The notes under the pieces are model-generated. The model was given only the letters and a program-made list of their open reading frames with translations, did no database searches and was not told the origin of the DNA. A stretch of 64,000 bases of DNA from the NCBI GenBank assembly GCA_030390025.1, contig JASTWF010000354.1, positions 1 through 64,000 on the forward strand, given 5' to 3'. This document shows positions 11,912 through 26,559 of this stretch, one piece after another (position 1 is the stretch's first letter; every line of letters begins with the position of its first letter). The position numbers and the translations under genes are program-made. The stretch comes from Squalus acanthias (lineage: Eukaryota).

Positions 11912-14900
11912 TCAGTGTTCAAGCCGCTCCATCCCAGGGTGAATGGGAATGTGACTCTGGGAGTGTTGGAGATTGGCAGATTGCAGGAAGCGGAGTGACT
12001 CGCCCTGCACTGCACACAGCCCCCTATACAATGCACACATCCTCCTATACAATGCACACAGCATCCTATACAATGCACACATCCTCCTATACAATGCACA
12101 CATCCCCTATACAATGCACACAGCCTCCTATACAATGCACACAGCCTCCTATACAATGCACACAGCCGCCCATACAATGCACTCAGCCTCCATTACAATG
12201 CACACAGCCCTTCTATACAATGCACACTTCCCCCTATACAATGCACACGTCCCCCTATACAATGCACACAGCCTCCTATACAATGCACACACCCCTTATT
12301 AAATGCACACATTCCCCTATGCAATGTACACAGCCCACTATTTAATGCACACAGCCCCCTATACAATGCACACATACCCTATACAATGCACACATCCCCT
12401 ATACAATGCACACAGCCTTTCTATACAATGCACACTTCCCCTATACAATGCACACAGCCCCTATACAATGCAAACATCCTCCTATACAAAGCACACAGCC
12501 CCTATACAATGCGCACAGCCTCCTATACAATGCACACATTCTCCTATACAATGCACACATCCTCCTATACAATTCACACATCCTCCTATACAAAGCACAC
12601 ATCCTCCTCTACAAAGCACACATCCTCTGATACAAAGCACACAATCCCCTATACAATTCACACAGCCTCCTTTACAAAGCACACATCCGCAGTTACAATG
12701 CACACATTCCCCGATAAAATGCACAAATCCTCCTATTAAATGCCATTAACCCGCTATACAATGCATACATCCTCCTATATAATGCACACAGCCCCTATAC
12801 AATGCACACATCCCCTATACAATGCACACATCCTCCTATACAAGGCACACATCCTCCTCTAAAATGCACACAGCCGTTATACAATGCACACATCCTCCTA
12901 TACAATGCACAGATCCTCCTATACAATGCACACATCCTCCTATACAATGCATACAGCCGCTATACAATGCCAACATCCTCCTATACAATGCACACATCCT
13001 CTTATACAATGCACACATCTTCCATTACAATGCACACAGCGTTCTATACAATGCACACATCCCCCTGCACAATACACACAGCCCCCTGTGCATTGCACAC
13101 ATCCCCCTATGAAATACACCCCGCCCTTCAATACAATGCACACAGCAGTGCACACATCACCCTATGCAATGCACACATCCCCTATACAATACACACAGCA
13201 TCCTATACAATGCACACATCCCCCTATACAATGTACACAGCCCTTCTATACAATGCACACTTCTCCCATATACAATGCACACAGCCTCATATAGAATGCA
13301 CACAGCCCTTCCATACATTGCACTCAGCCCTTCTAACAATGCACATATCCCCCTATACAATGCACACATCCTCCTATGCAATGCACACATCCTCTTATAC
13401 AAGGCTCACATCCTCCTATACAATGCACACATCCTCCTATACAATGCACACAGCCTCCTATACAATGCACAAATTCCCCTATACAATGCACACATCATCC
13501 TATACAATGAACACATTCCCCTATACAATGCACAGCCCCCTTTACAGTGCACACAGCCTCCTATACAATACACACAGCCCCATATACAACGCATACATCC
13601 CCCTATAAAATGCACAAATCCCCCTATACAATGCACACATCCCCCTATGCAATGCACACTTCCCCTATGCAATGCACACATCCCCCTATACAATGCAAAC
13701 ATCCACCTATACAATGCACACATCCTCCTATACAATGCACACATCCTCCTATGCAATGCACACAGCCTCCTATACAATGCACACATCCCCTATACAATGC
13801 ACACATCCCCTATACAATGCACACATCCTCCTATACAATGCACACAGTCCCCTATACAATACACACAGCCTCCTTTACAGTGCACACAGCCTCCTATACA
13901 ATGCACACATTCCCCTCTAGAATGCACACAACCTCCTATACAATGCCATTAACCCTCTTATACAATGCACACATCCTCCTATACAATGAAAACAGCCATT
14001 GTATACACAGCACACATCCACCTATACAATGCACACATCCCCTATACAATAAACACAGCATCATATACAATGCACACATCCCCCTATACAATGCACACTT
14101 CCCCCTATACAATGCATACATCCTCCTATGGAATGCACACAGCCCTTCCATACAATGCATTCAGCCCTTCTATACAATGCACACATCCCCCTATACAATG
14201 CACACATCCTCCTATACAATGCACACATCCCGCTATACAATGCACAAATCCCCCTATACAATGCAAGCATTCTCTTATACAAGGCAGACATCCTCCTATA
14301 CAATGCACACATCCTCCTATACAATGCACACAGCCTCCTATACAATGCACACATTCCCCTGTACAATGCACACATCCCCTATACAATGCACACATCCTCC
14401 TATACAATGCACACATTCCCCTATACAATGCACACAGCCCCCTTTACAGTGCACACAGCCTCCTATACAATGCACACATTCCCCTATAGAATGCACACAA
14501 CCTCCTATACAATGCACACAGCCCCCTATACAGTGCACACAGCCCCGTATACCATGCATACATCCCCCTATAAATGCACAAATCCCCTTATACAATGCAC
14601 ACATCCCCCTATACAATGCACACATCCCCCTATACAATGGAAACATCCTCCTATACAATGCACACATCCTTCTATACAATGCACACATCCTCCTATGAAT
14701 GCACACAGCCTCCTATACAATGCACACATTCCCCTATACAATGCACACAGCCTCCTTTACAGTGCACACAGCCTCCTATACAATGCACACATTCCCCTAT
14801 AGAATGCACACAACCTCCTATACAATGCCATTAACCCTCTTATACAATGCACACATCCTCCTATGCAATGAAAACAGCCTCCTATACAATGCACACATTC

Positions 14901-16890
14901 CCCTATAAAATGCACACAGCCTCCTTTACAGTGCACACAGCCTCCTATACAATGCACACATTCCCCAATAGAATGCACACAACCTCCTATACAATGCCAT
15001 TAACCCTCTTATACAAAGCACACATCTCTCTATACAATGCATACATCCTCCTATACAATGCACACATCCCGCTAAAAATGCACACAGCCTCCTATACAAT
15101 GCACACATCCCCCTATACAATGCACAAATCCCCCTATACAATGCAGACATACCCCTATAAAATGCACACCGCCCCTATACAATGCACACAGCCTCCTATA
15201 CAATGCACACAGCCTCCTATACAATGCACACAGCCTAATATGCAAGGAAAACAGCCTCCTGTACAATGCACACATCCCCTATACAATGCAAACATCCTCC
15301 TATACAATGTACGCAACCCCCAATACAATGCACAGATCCCCTATACAATGCACTCATCCCCTATACAATGTTCACATCCCCTATACAATGCACACATCCC
15401 CCTATACAATGCAAACACACCCCTATACAATGTACACATCCTCCTATATAATGCACACATCCCCAATACAATGCACAGCCGATATACAATGCACAAATCC
15501 TCCTATACAATGCACACAGCATCCTATACAATGCACGCATTCTCCTATGCAATGCACAAAGCCCCGTATACAGTGTACACATCCCCCTATTCAATGCACT
15601 CAGCCTTCTATACAATGTACACATCCCACTGTACAATACACACAGCCCCCTATCCATTGCACACATCCCCTAATCAAAGACACACCACCATTCTATACAA
15701 TGCACAGCCTCCTATACAATACACTCATTCTCCTATACAATGCACACATCTTCCTTTACAATGCACACAGCCTCCTATACAATGCACAACGCCTCCGATA
15801 CAATGCACACATCCCACTATACAATGCACACAACCGCCTATACAATGCACTCAGCCTCCATTACAATGCACACAGCCCCCTAAACAATGCACACAGCCCC
15901 TATACAATGCACACATTCCCCTATACAATGCACCCAGCCCCTATAAAATGCACACAACCTCCTATACAATGCACACATTCCCTTATACAACGCACACATT
16001 CCCCTATAGAATGCACACATCCTCCTGTACAATGCACACATCCTCCTATACAATGCACACATCCCCCTATACAATGCACACATCATCCTTTACAATGCAC
16101 AAAGCCTCCTGTACAATGCACACACACCCCTATTAAATGCACACATCTCCCTATGCAATGTACACAGCCCCCTATACAATGCACACAGCCCTTCTAGACA
16201 ATGCACACTTCCCCCTTTACAATGCACACAGCCTCTTATACAACGCACACCACCCATCTATACAATACACATTTCCCCCTTTACAATGCACACATCCCCC
16301 TATACAATGCACACAGCCCATCTATACAATGCACACTTCCCATATACAATGCACACAGCCACTATACAATGTAAACATCCTCCTATACAAAGCACACAGC
16401 CCCTATACAATGCACACATTCCACTATACAATGCACACATTCCGCTATAGAATGCACACATCCTCCTATATAATGCCATTAGCCCTCTTATACAATGCAC
16501 ACAACCCCCTATACAAAGCACACATCCACCTATACAATGCACACATCCTCCTATACAAAGCACACATCCTCTAATACAATGCACACATTCCCCTATACAA
16601 TGCAAACAGCCTCCAATACAATGCACACATCCCCCGATACAATGCACACATTCCCCTATAGAATGCACAAATCCTCCTTTAAATGCCATTATCCCTCTTA
16701 TACAATGCACACAGCCTCCAACACAATGCACACAGCCCCTATACAATGCACACATCCCCCTATACAATGCACACACACCCCTATACAATGCAAACATCCC
16801 CCTATACAATGCACACCCCCCGCTATACAATGCAAACATCCTCTTATACAAGGCACAAATCCTCCTATACAATGCACACATCCTCCTATA

Positions 16891-17938
16891 CATAGAACAT
16901 AGAACATAGAACAGTACAGCACAGTACAGGCCCTTCGGTCCTCGATGTTGTGCCGAGCATTGTCCGAGACCAAGATCAAGCTATCACACTCCCTGTCACT
17001 CTGGTGTGCTCCATGTGCTTATCCAATAACCGCTTGAAAGTTCCTAAAGTGTCCGACTCCACTATCACAGCAGGCAGTCCATTCCACACCCCAACCACTC
17101 TCTGAGTAAAGAATCTACCTCGGACATCCCTTCTATATCTCCCCCCATGCACCTTATAGCTATGCCCCCTTGTAACAGCTGCCTCTACCCGAGGAAATAG
17201 TCTCTGAACATCCACTCTATCTATCCCCCTCATCATCTTATAAACCTCTATTAAGTCGCCTCTCATCCTCCTCCGCTCTAAAGAGAAAAGCCCCAACTCC
17301 CTCAATCTTTCCTCATAAGACCTCCCCCGCAAACCAGGCAGCATCCTGGTAAATCTCCTTTGCACTCTTTCCAATGCTTCCACGTCCTTCCTATAGTGAG
17401 GTGACCAGAACTGCACACAATATTCCAAATGTGGTCTCACCAAGGTCCTGTACAGTTGCAGCATAACCTCACGGTTCTTAAACTCAAACCCTCTGTTAAT
17501 AAACGCCAACACACCATAGGCCTTCTTTACTGCTCTATCCACTTGAGTGGCAACCTTCAGAGATCTGTGGATATGAACCCCCAGATCCCTCTGCTCCTCC
17601 ACGTTCCTCAGAACCCTGCCGTTGACCCTGTAATCCTTATTCACATTTGCCCTACCAAAATGAATCACCTCGCACTTATCAGGGTTAAATTCCATCTGCC
17701 ATTTTTCGGCCCAGCTCTGCATCCTATCAATGTCTCTTTGCAGCCTACAACTGCCCTCCACCTCATCCACTACTCCACCAATCTTGGTGTCATCAGCAAA
17801 TTTACTGATCCACCCTTCAGTCCCCTCCTCCAAGTCATTGATAAAAATCACAAACAGCAGAGGACCCAGCACCGACCCCTGTGGCACACCGCTGGTAACT
17901 GGTCTCCAGTCCGAAAATGTTCCATCCACCACCACCCT
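16891..17938 (-). mobile_element. CR1 LINE family A, 5'-truncated (~1.05 kb), copy 1
   Basis: Open frame RVVVDG..SGVPQGSVLGPLLFVIFINDL..KFADDTK..LVRPHLEYCVQFWSP to stop at 16976; 3' UTR ..CCGAAGGGCCTGTACTGTGCTGTAC; (TTCTATG)n tail. Confidence 0.97.
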
Positions 17939-20595
17939 ATACAAAGCACACAGCCTCCTATACAATGCATACATTCCCTATACAATGCACACATCCCCTA
18001 TACAATGCACACATCCCCCTATACAATGCAAACATCCTCTTATACAAGGCACAAATCCTCCTATACAATGCAAACATCCTCTTATACAAGGCACAAATCC
18101 TCCTATACAATGCACACAGCCGCCTATACAATGCACACATTCCCCTATACAATGCACACATCCCCTATACAATGCATACATCCTCCTATACAATGCACAC
18201 ATTCCCCCTATACAATGTACACAGCCCCCTTGACAATGCACACATCCCATTTACAATGCACACAGCCCCTATAAAATGCACACAACCTCCTATACAATTC
18301 ACACATCCCCCTATACAATGCACACAGCCCCCTATGCAATGCACACAGCCTCCTATACAATGCACACATTCCGCTAAAGAATGCAAACATCCTCCTATAC
18401 CATGCCATTAACCCTCTTATACAATGCACACAGCCCCCTATACAATGCACACAGCGTCCTATACAATGCACACATTCCCCTAAAGAATGCACACATCCTC
18501 CTATACCATGCCATTAACCCTCTTATACAATGCACACAGCCCCCTATACAATTCACACATCCTCCTGTACAATGGACACATTCTCCGATACAATGCACAC
18601 ATCCTCAGATGCAATGTACACATTTCCCTATACAATGCACACAGCCTGCTTTACAATGCACACAGCCTCCAATACAATGCACACATCCTGCTATACAATG
18701 CACACATCCGCCTCTACAATGCACACATCCCCCTATTCAACTCACAGTCCTTCTATACAATGCACACAGACACCTATACAATGCACACCCCCCACTATTA
18801 AATGTACACATCCTCCTATGCAATGTACACAACACCCTATACAATGCACATAGCCATTCTATACAATGCACACTTCCCCCTATACAATGCACACAGCCTC
18901 CTATACAATGCACACAGCCTCCTATACAATGCACACAGCCTAATATGCAAGGAAAACAGCCTCCTGTACAATGCACACATCCCCTATACAATGCAAACAT
19001 CCTCCTATACAATGTACGCAACCCCCAATACAATGCACAGATCCCCTATACAATGCACTCATCCCCTATACAATGTTCACATCCCCTATACAATGCACAC
19101 ATCCCCCTATACAATGCAAACACACCCCTATACAATGTACACATCCTCCTATATAATGCACACATCCCCAATACAATGCACAGCCGATATACAATGCACA
19201 AATCCTCCTATACAATGCACACAGCATCCTATACAATGCACGCATTCTCCTATGCAATGCACAAAGCCCCGTATACAGTGTACACATCCCCCTATTCAAT
19301 GCACTCAGCCTTCTATACAATGCACACATCCCACTGTACAATACACACAGCCCCCTATCCATTGCACACATCCCCTAATCAAAGACACACCACCATTCTA
19401 TACAATGCACAGCCTCCTATACAATACACTCATTCTCCTATACAATGCACACATCTTCCTTTACAATGCACACAGCCTCCTATACAATGCACAACGCCTC
19501 CGATACAATGCACACATCCCACTATACAATGCACACAACCGCCTATACAATGCACTCAGCCTCCATTACAATGCACACAGCCCCCTAAACAATGCACACA
19601 GCCCCTATACAATGCACACATTCCCCTATACAATGCACCCAGCCCCTATAAAATGCACACAACCTCCTATACAATGCACACATTCCCTTATACAACGCAC
19701 ACATTCCCCTATAGAATGCACACATCCTCCTGTACAATGCACACATCCTCCTATACAATGCACACATCCCCCTATACAATGCACACATCATCCTTTACAA
19801 TGCACAAAGCCTCCTGTACAATGCACACACACCCCTATTAAATGCACACATCTCCCTATGCAATGTACACAGCCCCCTATACAATGCACACAGCCCTTCT
19901 AGACAATGCACACTTCCCCCTTTACAATGCACACAGCCTCTTATACAACGCACACCACCCATCTATACAATACACATTTCCCCCTTTACAATGCACACAT
20001 CCCCCTATACAATGCACACAGCCCATCTATACAATGCACACTTCCCATATACAATGCACACAGCCACTATACAATGTAAACATCCTCCTATACAAAGCAC
20101 ACAGCCCCTATACAATGCACACATTCCACTATACAATGCACACATTCCGCTATAGAATGCACACATCCTCCTATATAATGCCATTAGCCCTCTTATACAA
20201 TGCACACAACCCCCTATACAAAGCACACATCCACCTATACAATGCACACATCCTCCTATACAAAGCACACATCCTCTAATACAATGCACACATTCCCCTA
20301 TACAATGCAAACAGCCTCCAATACAATGCACACATCCCCCGATACAATGCACACATTCCCCTATAGAATGCACAAATCCTCCTTTAAATGCCATTATCCC
20401 TCTTATACAATGCACACAGCCTCCAACACAATGCACACAGCCCCTATACAATGCACACATCCCCCTATACAATGCACACACACCCCTATACAATGCAAAC
20501 ATCCCCCTATACAATGCACACCCCCCGCTATACAATGCAAACATCCTCTTATACAAGGCACAAATCCTCCTATACAATGCACACATCCTCCTATA

Positions 20596-21643
20596 CATAG
20601 AACATAGAACATAGAACAGTACAGCACAGTACAGGCCCTTCGGTCCTCGATGTTGTGCCGAGCATTGTCCGAGACCAAGATCAAGCTATCACACTCCCTG
20701 TCACTCTGGTGTGCTCCATGTGCTTATCCAATAACCGCTTGAAAGTTCCTAAAGTGTCCGACTCCACTATCACAGCAGGCAGTCCATTCCACACCCCAAC
20801 CACTCTCTGAGTAAAGAATCTACCTCGGACATCCCTTCTATATCTCCCCCCATGCACCTTATAGCTATGCCCCCTTGTAACAGCTGCCTCTACCCGAGGA
20901 AATAGTCTCTGAACATCCACTCTATCTATCCCCCTCATCATCTTATAAACCTCTATTAAGTCGCCTCTCATCCTCCTCCGCTCTAAAGAGAAAAGCCCCA
21001 ACTCCCTCAATCTTTCCTCATAAGACCTCCCCCGCAAACCAGGCAGCATCCTGGTAAATCTCCTTTGCACTCTTTCCAATGCTTCCACGTCCTTCCTATA
21101 GTGAGGTGACCAGAACTGCACACAATATTCCAAATGTGGTCTCACCAAGGTCCTGTACAGTTGCAGCATAACCTCACGGTTCTTAAACTCAAACCCTCTG
21201 TTAATAAACGCCAACACACCATAGGCCTTCTTTACTGCTCTATCCACTTGAGTGGCAACCTTCAGAGATCTGTGGATATGAACCCCCAGATCCCTCTGCT
21301 CCTCCACGTTCCTCAGAACCCTGCCGTTGACCCTGTAATCCTTATTCACATTTGCCCTACCAAAATGAATCACCTCGCACTTATCAGGGTTAAATTCCAT
21401 CTGCCATTTTTCGGCCCAGCTCTGCATCCTATCAATGTCTCTTTGCAGCCTACAACTGCCCTCCACCTCATCCACTACTCCACCAATCTTGGTGTCATCA
21501 GCAAATTTACTGATCCACCCTTCAGTCCCCTCCTCCAAGTCATTGATAAAAATCACAAACAGCAGAGGACCCAGCACCGACCCCTGTGGCACACCGCTGG
21601 TAACTGGTCTCCAGTCCGAAAATGTTCCATCCACCACCACCCT
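20596..21643 (-). mobile_element. CR1 LINE family A, copy 2 (tandem duplicate)
   Basis: Same junctions and translation as copy 1, offset 3705 bp. Confidence 0.97.
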
Positions 21644-24299
21644 ATACAAAGCACACAGCCTCCTATACAATGCATACATTCCCTATACAATGCACACATC
21701 CCCTATACAATGCACACATCCCCCTATACAATGCAAACATCCTCTTATACAAGGCACAAATCCTCCTATACAATGCAAACATCCTCTTATACAAGGCACA
21801 AATCCTCCTATACAATGCACACAGCCGCCTATACAATGCACACATTCCCCTATACAATGCACACATCCCCTATACAATGCATACATCCTCCTATACAATG
21901 CACACATTCCCCCTATACAATGTACACAGCCCCCTTGACAATGCACACATCCCATTTACAATGCACACAGCCCCTATAAAATGCACACAACCTCCTATAC
22001 AATTCACACATCCCCCTATACAATGCACACAGCCCCCTATGCAATGCACACAGCCTCCTATACAATGCACACATTCCGCTAAAGAATGCAAACATCCTCC
22101 TATACCATGCCATTAACCCTCTTATACAATGCACACAGCCCCCTATACAATGCACACAGCGTCCTATACAATGCACACATTCCCCTAAAGAATGCACACA
22201 TCCTCCTATACCATGCCATTAACCCTCTTATACAATGCACACAGCCCCCTATACAATTCACACATCCTCCTGTACAATGGACACATTCTCCGATACAATG
22301 CACACATCCTCAGATGCAATGTACACATTTCCCTATACAATGCACACAGCCTGCTTTACAATGCACACAGCCTCCAAAACATGCACACATCCTGCTATAC
22401 AATGCACACATCCGCCTCTACAATGCACACATCCCCCTATTCAACTCACAGTCCTTCTATACAATGCACACAGACACCTATACAATGCACACCCCCCACT
22501 ATTAAATGTACACATCCTCCTATGCAATGTACACAACACCCTATACAATGCACATAGCCATTCTATACAATGCACACTTCCCCCTATACAATGCACACAG
22601 CCTCCTATACAATGCACACAGCCTCCTATACAATGCACACAGCCTAATATGCAAGGAAAACAGCCTCCTGTACAATGCACACATCCCCTATACAATGCAA
22701 ACATCCTCCTATACAATGTACGCAACCCCCAATACAATGCACAGATCCCCTATACAATGCACTCATCCCCTATACAATGTTCACATCCCCTATACAATGC
22801 ACACATCCCCCTATACAATGCAAACACACCCCTATACAATGTACACATCCTCCTATATAATGCACACATCCCCAATACAATGCACAGCCGATATACAATG
22901 CACAAATCCTCCTATACAATGCACACAGCATCCTATACAATGCACGCATTCTCCTATGCAATGCACAAAGCCCCGTATACAGTGTACACATCCCCCTATT
23001 CAATGCACTCAGCCTTCTATACAATGCACACATCCCACTGTACAATACACACAGCCCCCTATCCATTGCACACATCCCCTAATCAAAGACACACCACCAT
23101 TCTATACAATGCACAGCCTCCTATACAATACACTCATTCTCCTATACAATGCACACATCTTCCTTTACAATGCACACAGCCTCCTATACAATGCACAACG
23201 CCTCCGATACAATGCACACATCCCACTATACAATGCACACAACCGCCTATACAATGCACTCAGCCTCCATTACAATGCACACAGCCCCCTAAACAATGCA
23301 CACAGCCCCTATACAATGCACACATTCCCCTATACAATGCACCCAGCCCCTATAAAATGCACACAACCTCCTATACAATGCACACATTCCCTTATACAAC
23401 GCACACATTCCCCTATAGAATGCACACATCCTCCTGTACAATGCACACATCCTCCTATACAATGCACACATCCCCCTATACAATGCACACATCATCCTTT
23501 ACAATGCACAAAGCCTCCTGTACAATGCACACACACCCCTATTAAATGCACACATCTCCCTATGCAATGTACACAGCCCCCTATACAATGCACACAGCCC
23601 TTCTAGACAATGCACACTTCCCCCTTTACAATGCACACAGCCTCTTATACAACGCACACCACCCATCTATACAATACACATTTCCCCCTTTACAATGCAC
23701 ACATCCCCCTATACAATGCACACAGCCCATCTATACAATGCACACTTCCCATATACAATGCACACAGCCACTATACAATGTAAACATCCTCCTATACAAA
23801 GCACACAGCCCCTATACAATGCACACATTCCACTATACAATGCACACATTCCGCTATAGAATGCACACATCCTCCTATATAATGCCATTAGCCCTCTTAT
23901 ACAATGCACACAACCCCCTATACAAAGCACACATCCACCTATACAATGCACACATCCTCCTATACAAAGCACACATCCTCTAATACAATGCACACATTCC
24001 CCTATACAATGCAAACAGCCTCCAATACAATGCACACATCCCCCGATACAATGCACACATTCCCCTATAGAATGCACAAATCCTCCTTTAAATGCCATTA
24101 TCCCTCTTATACAATGCACACAGCCTCCAACACAATGCACACAGCCCCTATACAATGCACACATCCCCCTATACAATGCACACACACCCCTATACAATGC
24201 AAACATCCCCCTATACAATGCACACCCCCCGCTATACAATGCAAACATCCTCTTATACAAGGCACAAATCCTCCTATACAATGCACACATCCTCCTATA

Positions 24300-25347
24300 C
24301 ATAGAACATAGAACATAGAACAGTACAGCACAGTACAGGCCCTTCGGTCCTCGATGTTGTGCCGAGCATTGTCCGAGACCAAGATCAAGCTATCACACTC
24401 CCTGTCACTCTGGTGTGCTCCATGTGCTTATCCAATAACCGCTTGAAAGTTCCTAAAGTGTCCGACTCCACTATCACAGCAGGCAGTCCATTCCACACCC
24501 CAACCACTCTCTGAGTAAAGAATCTACCTCGGACATCCCTTCTATATCTCCCCCCATGCACCTTATAGCTATGCCCCCTTGTAACAGCTGCCTCTACCCG
24601 AGGAAATAGTCTCTGAACATCCACTCTATCTATCCCCCTCATCATCTTATAAACCTCTATTAAGTCGCCTCTCATCCTCCTCCGCTCTAAAGAGAAAAGC
24701 CCCAACTCCCTCAATCTTTCCTCATAAGACCTCCCCCGCAAACCAGGCAGCATCCTGGTAAATCTCCTTTGCACTCTTTCCAATGCTTCCACGTCCTTCC
24801 TATAGTGAGGTGACCAGAACTGCACACAATATTCCAAATGTGGTCTCACCAAGGTCCTGTACAGTTGCAGCATAACCTCACGGTTCTTAAACTCAAACCC
24901 TCTGTTAATAAACGCCAACACACCATAGGCCTTCTTTACTGCTCTATCCACTTGAGTGGCAACCTTCAGAGATCTGTGGATATGAACCCCCAGATCCCTC
25001 TGCTCCTCCACGTTCCTCAGAACCCTGCCGTTGACCCTGTAATCCTTATTCACATTTGCCCTACCAAAATGAATCACCTCGCACTTATCAGGGTTAAATT
25101 CCATCTGCCATTTTTCGGCCCAGCTCTGCATCCTATCAATGTCTCTTTGCAGCCTACAACTGCCCTCCACCTCATCCACTACTCCACCAATCTTGGTGTC
25201 ATCAGCAAATTTACTGATCCACCCTTCAGTCCCCTCCTCCAAGTCATTGATAAAAATCACAAACAGCAGAGGACCCAGCACCGACCCCTGTGGCACACCG
25301 CTGGTAACTGGTCTCCAGTCCGAAAATGTTCCATCCACCACCACCCT
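24300..25347 (-). mobile_element. CR1 LINE family A, copy 3 (tandem duplicate)
   Basis: Same junctions and translation, offset 3704 bp from copy 2. Confidence 0.97.
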
Positions 25348-26559
25348 ATACAAAGCACACAGCCTCCTATACAATGCATACATTCCCTATACAATGCACA
25401 CATCCCCTATACAATGCACACATCCCCCTATACAATGCAAACATCCTCTTATACAAGGCACAAATCCTCCTATACAATGCAAACATCCTCTTATACAAGG
25501 CACAAATCCTCCTATACAATGCACACAGCCGCCTATACAATGCACACATTCCCCTATACAATGCACACATCCCCTATACAATGCATACATCCTCCTATAC
25601 AATGCACACATTCCCCCTATACAATGTACACAGCCCCCTTGACAATGCACACATCCCATTTACAATGCACACAGCCCCTATAAAATGCACACAACCTCCT
25701 ATACAATTCACACATCCCCCTATACAATGCACACAGCCCCCTATGCAATGCACACAGCCTCCTATACAATGCACACATTCCGCTAAAGCATGCAAACATC
25801 CTCCTATACCATGCCATTAACCCTCTTATACAATGCACACAGCCCCCTATACAATGCACACAGCGTCCTATACAATGCACACATTCCCCTAAAGAATGCA
25901 CACATCCTCCTATACCATGCCATTAACCCTCTTATACAATGCACACAGCCCCCTATACAATTCACACATCCTCCTGTACAATGGACACATTCTCCGATAC
26001 AATGCACACATCCTCAGATGCAATGTACACATTTCCCTATACAATGCACACAGCCTGCTTTACAATGCACACAGCCTCCAATACAATGCACACATCCTGC
26101 TATACAATGCACACATCCGCCTCTACAATGCACACATCCCCCTATTCAACTCACAGTCCTTCTATACAATGCACACAGACACCTATACAATGCACACCCC
26201 CCACTATTAAATGTACACATCCTCCTATGCAATGTACACAACACCCTATACAATGCACATAGCCATTCTATACAATGCACACTTCCCCCTATACAATGCA
26301 CACAGCCTCCTATACAATGTACGCCCCTATTAAATTCACACATTCCCCTATGCAATGTACACATACCCTATACAATGCACACATCCCCCTAAACAATGCA
26401 CAAAGCCCCTAAACAATGCACACATCCTCCGATACAATGCACACATTCCACTATACAATGCACACATTCCACTATACAATGCACACATCCTCCTATATAA
26501 TGCTATTAGCCCTCTTATACAATGCACACAACCCCCTATACAATGCACACATCCTCCTA

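Larger units (their letters stand above)
15172..26319. repeat. Higher-order repeat: three ~3705-bp units (satellite + CR1-A fragment)
   Basis: Variant monomers such as CCTAATATGCAAGGAAAACAG and the CR1 recur at 3705/3704-bp spacing; end points approximate. Confidence 0.93.

Noticed and set aside
16891..25347. Treating the three CR1-A copies as separate retrotranspositions
   Set aside because: Identical junctions and flanks show one insertion followed by tandem duplication.
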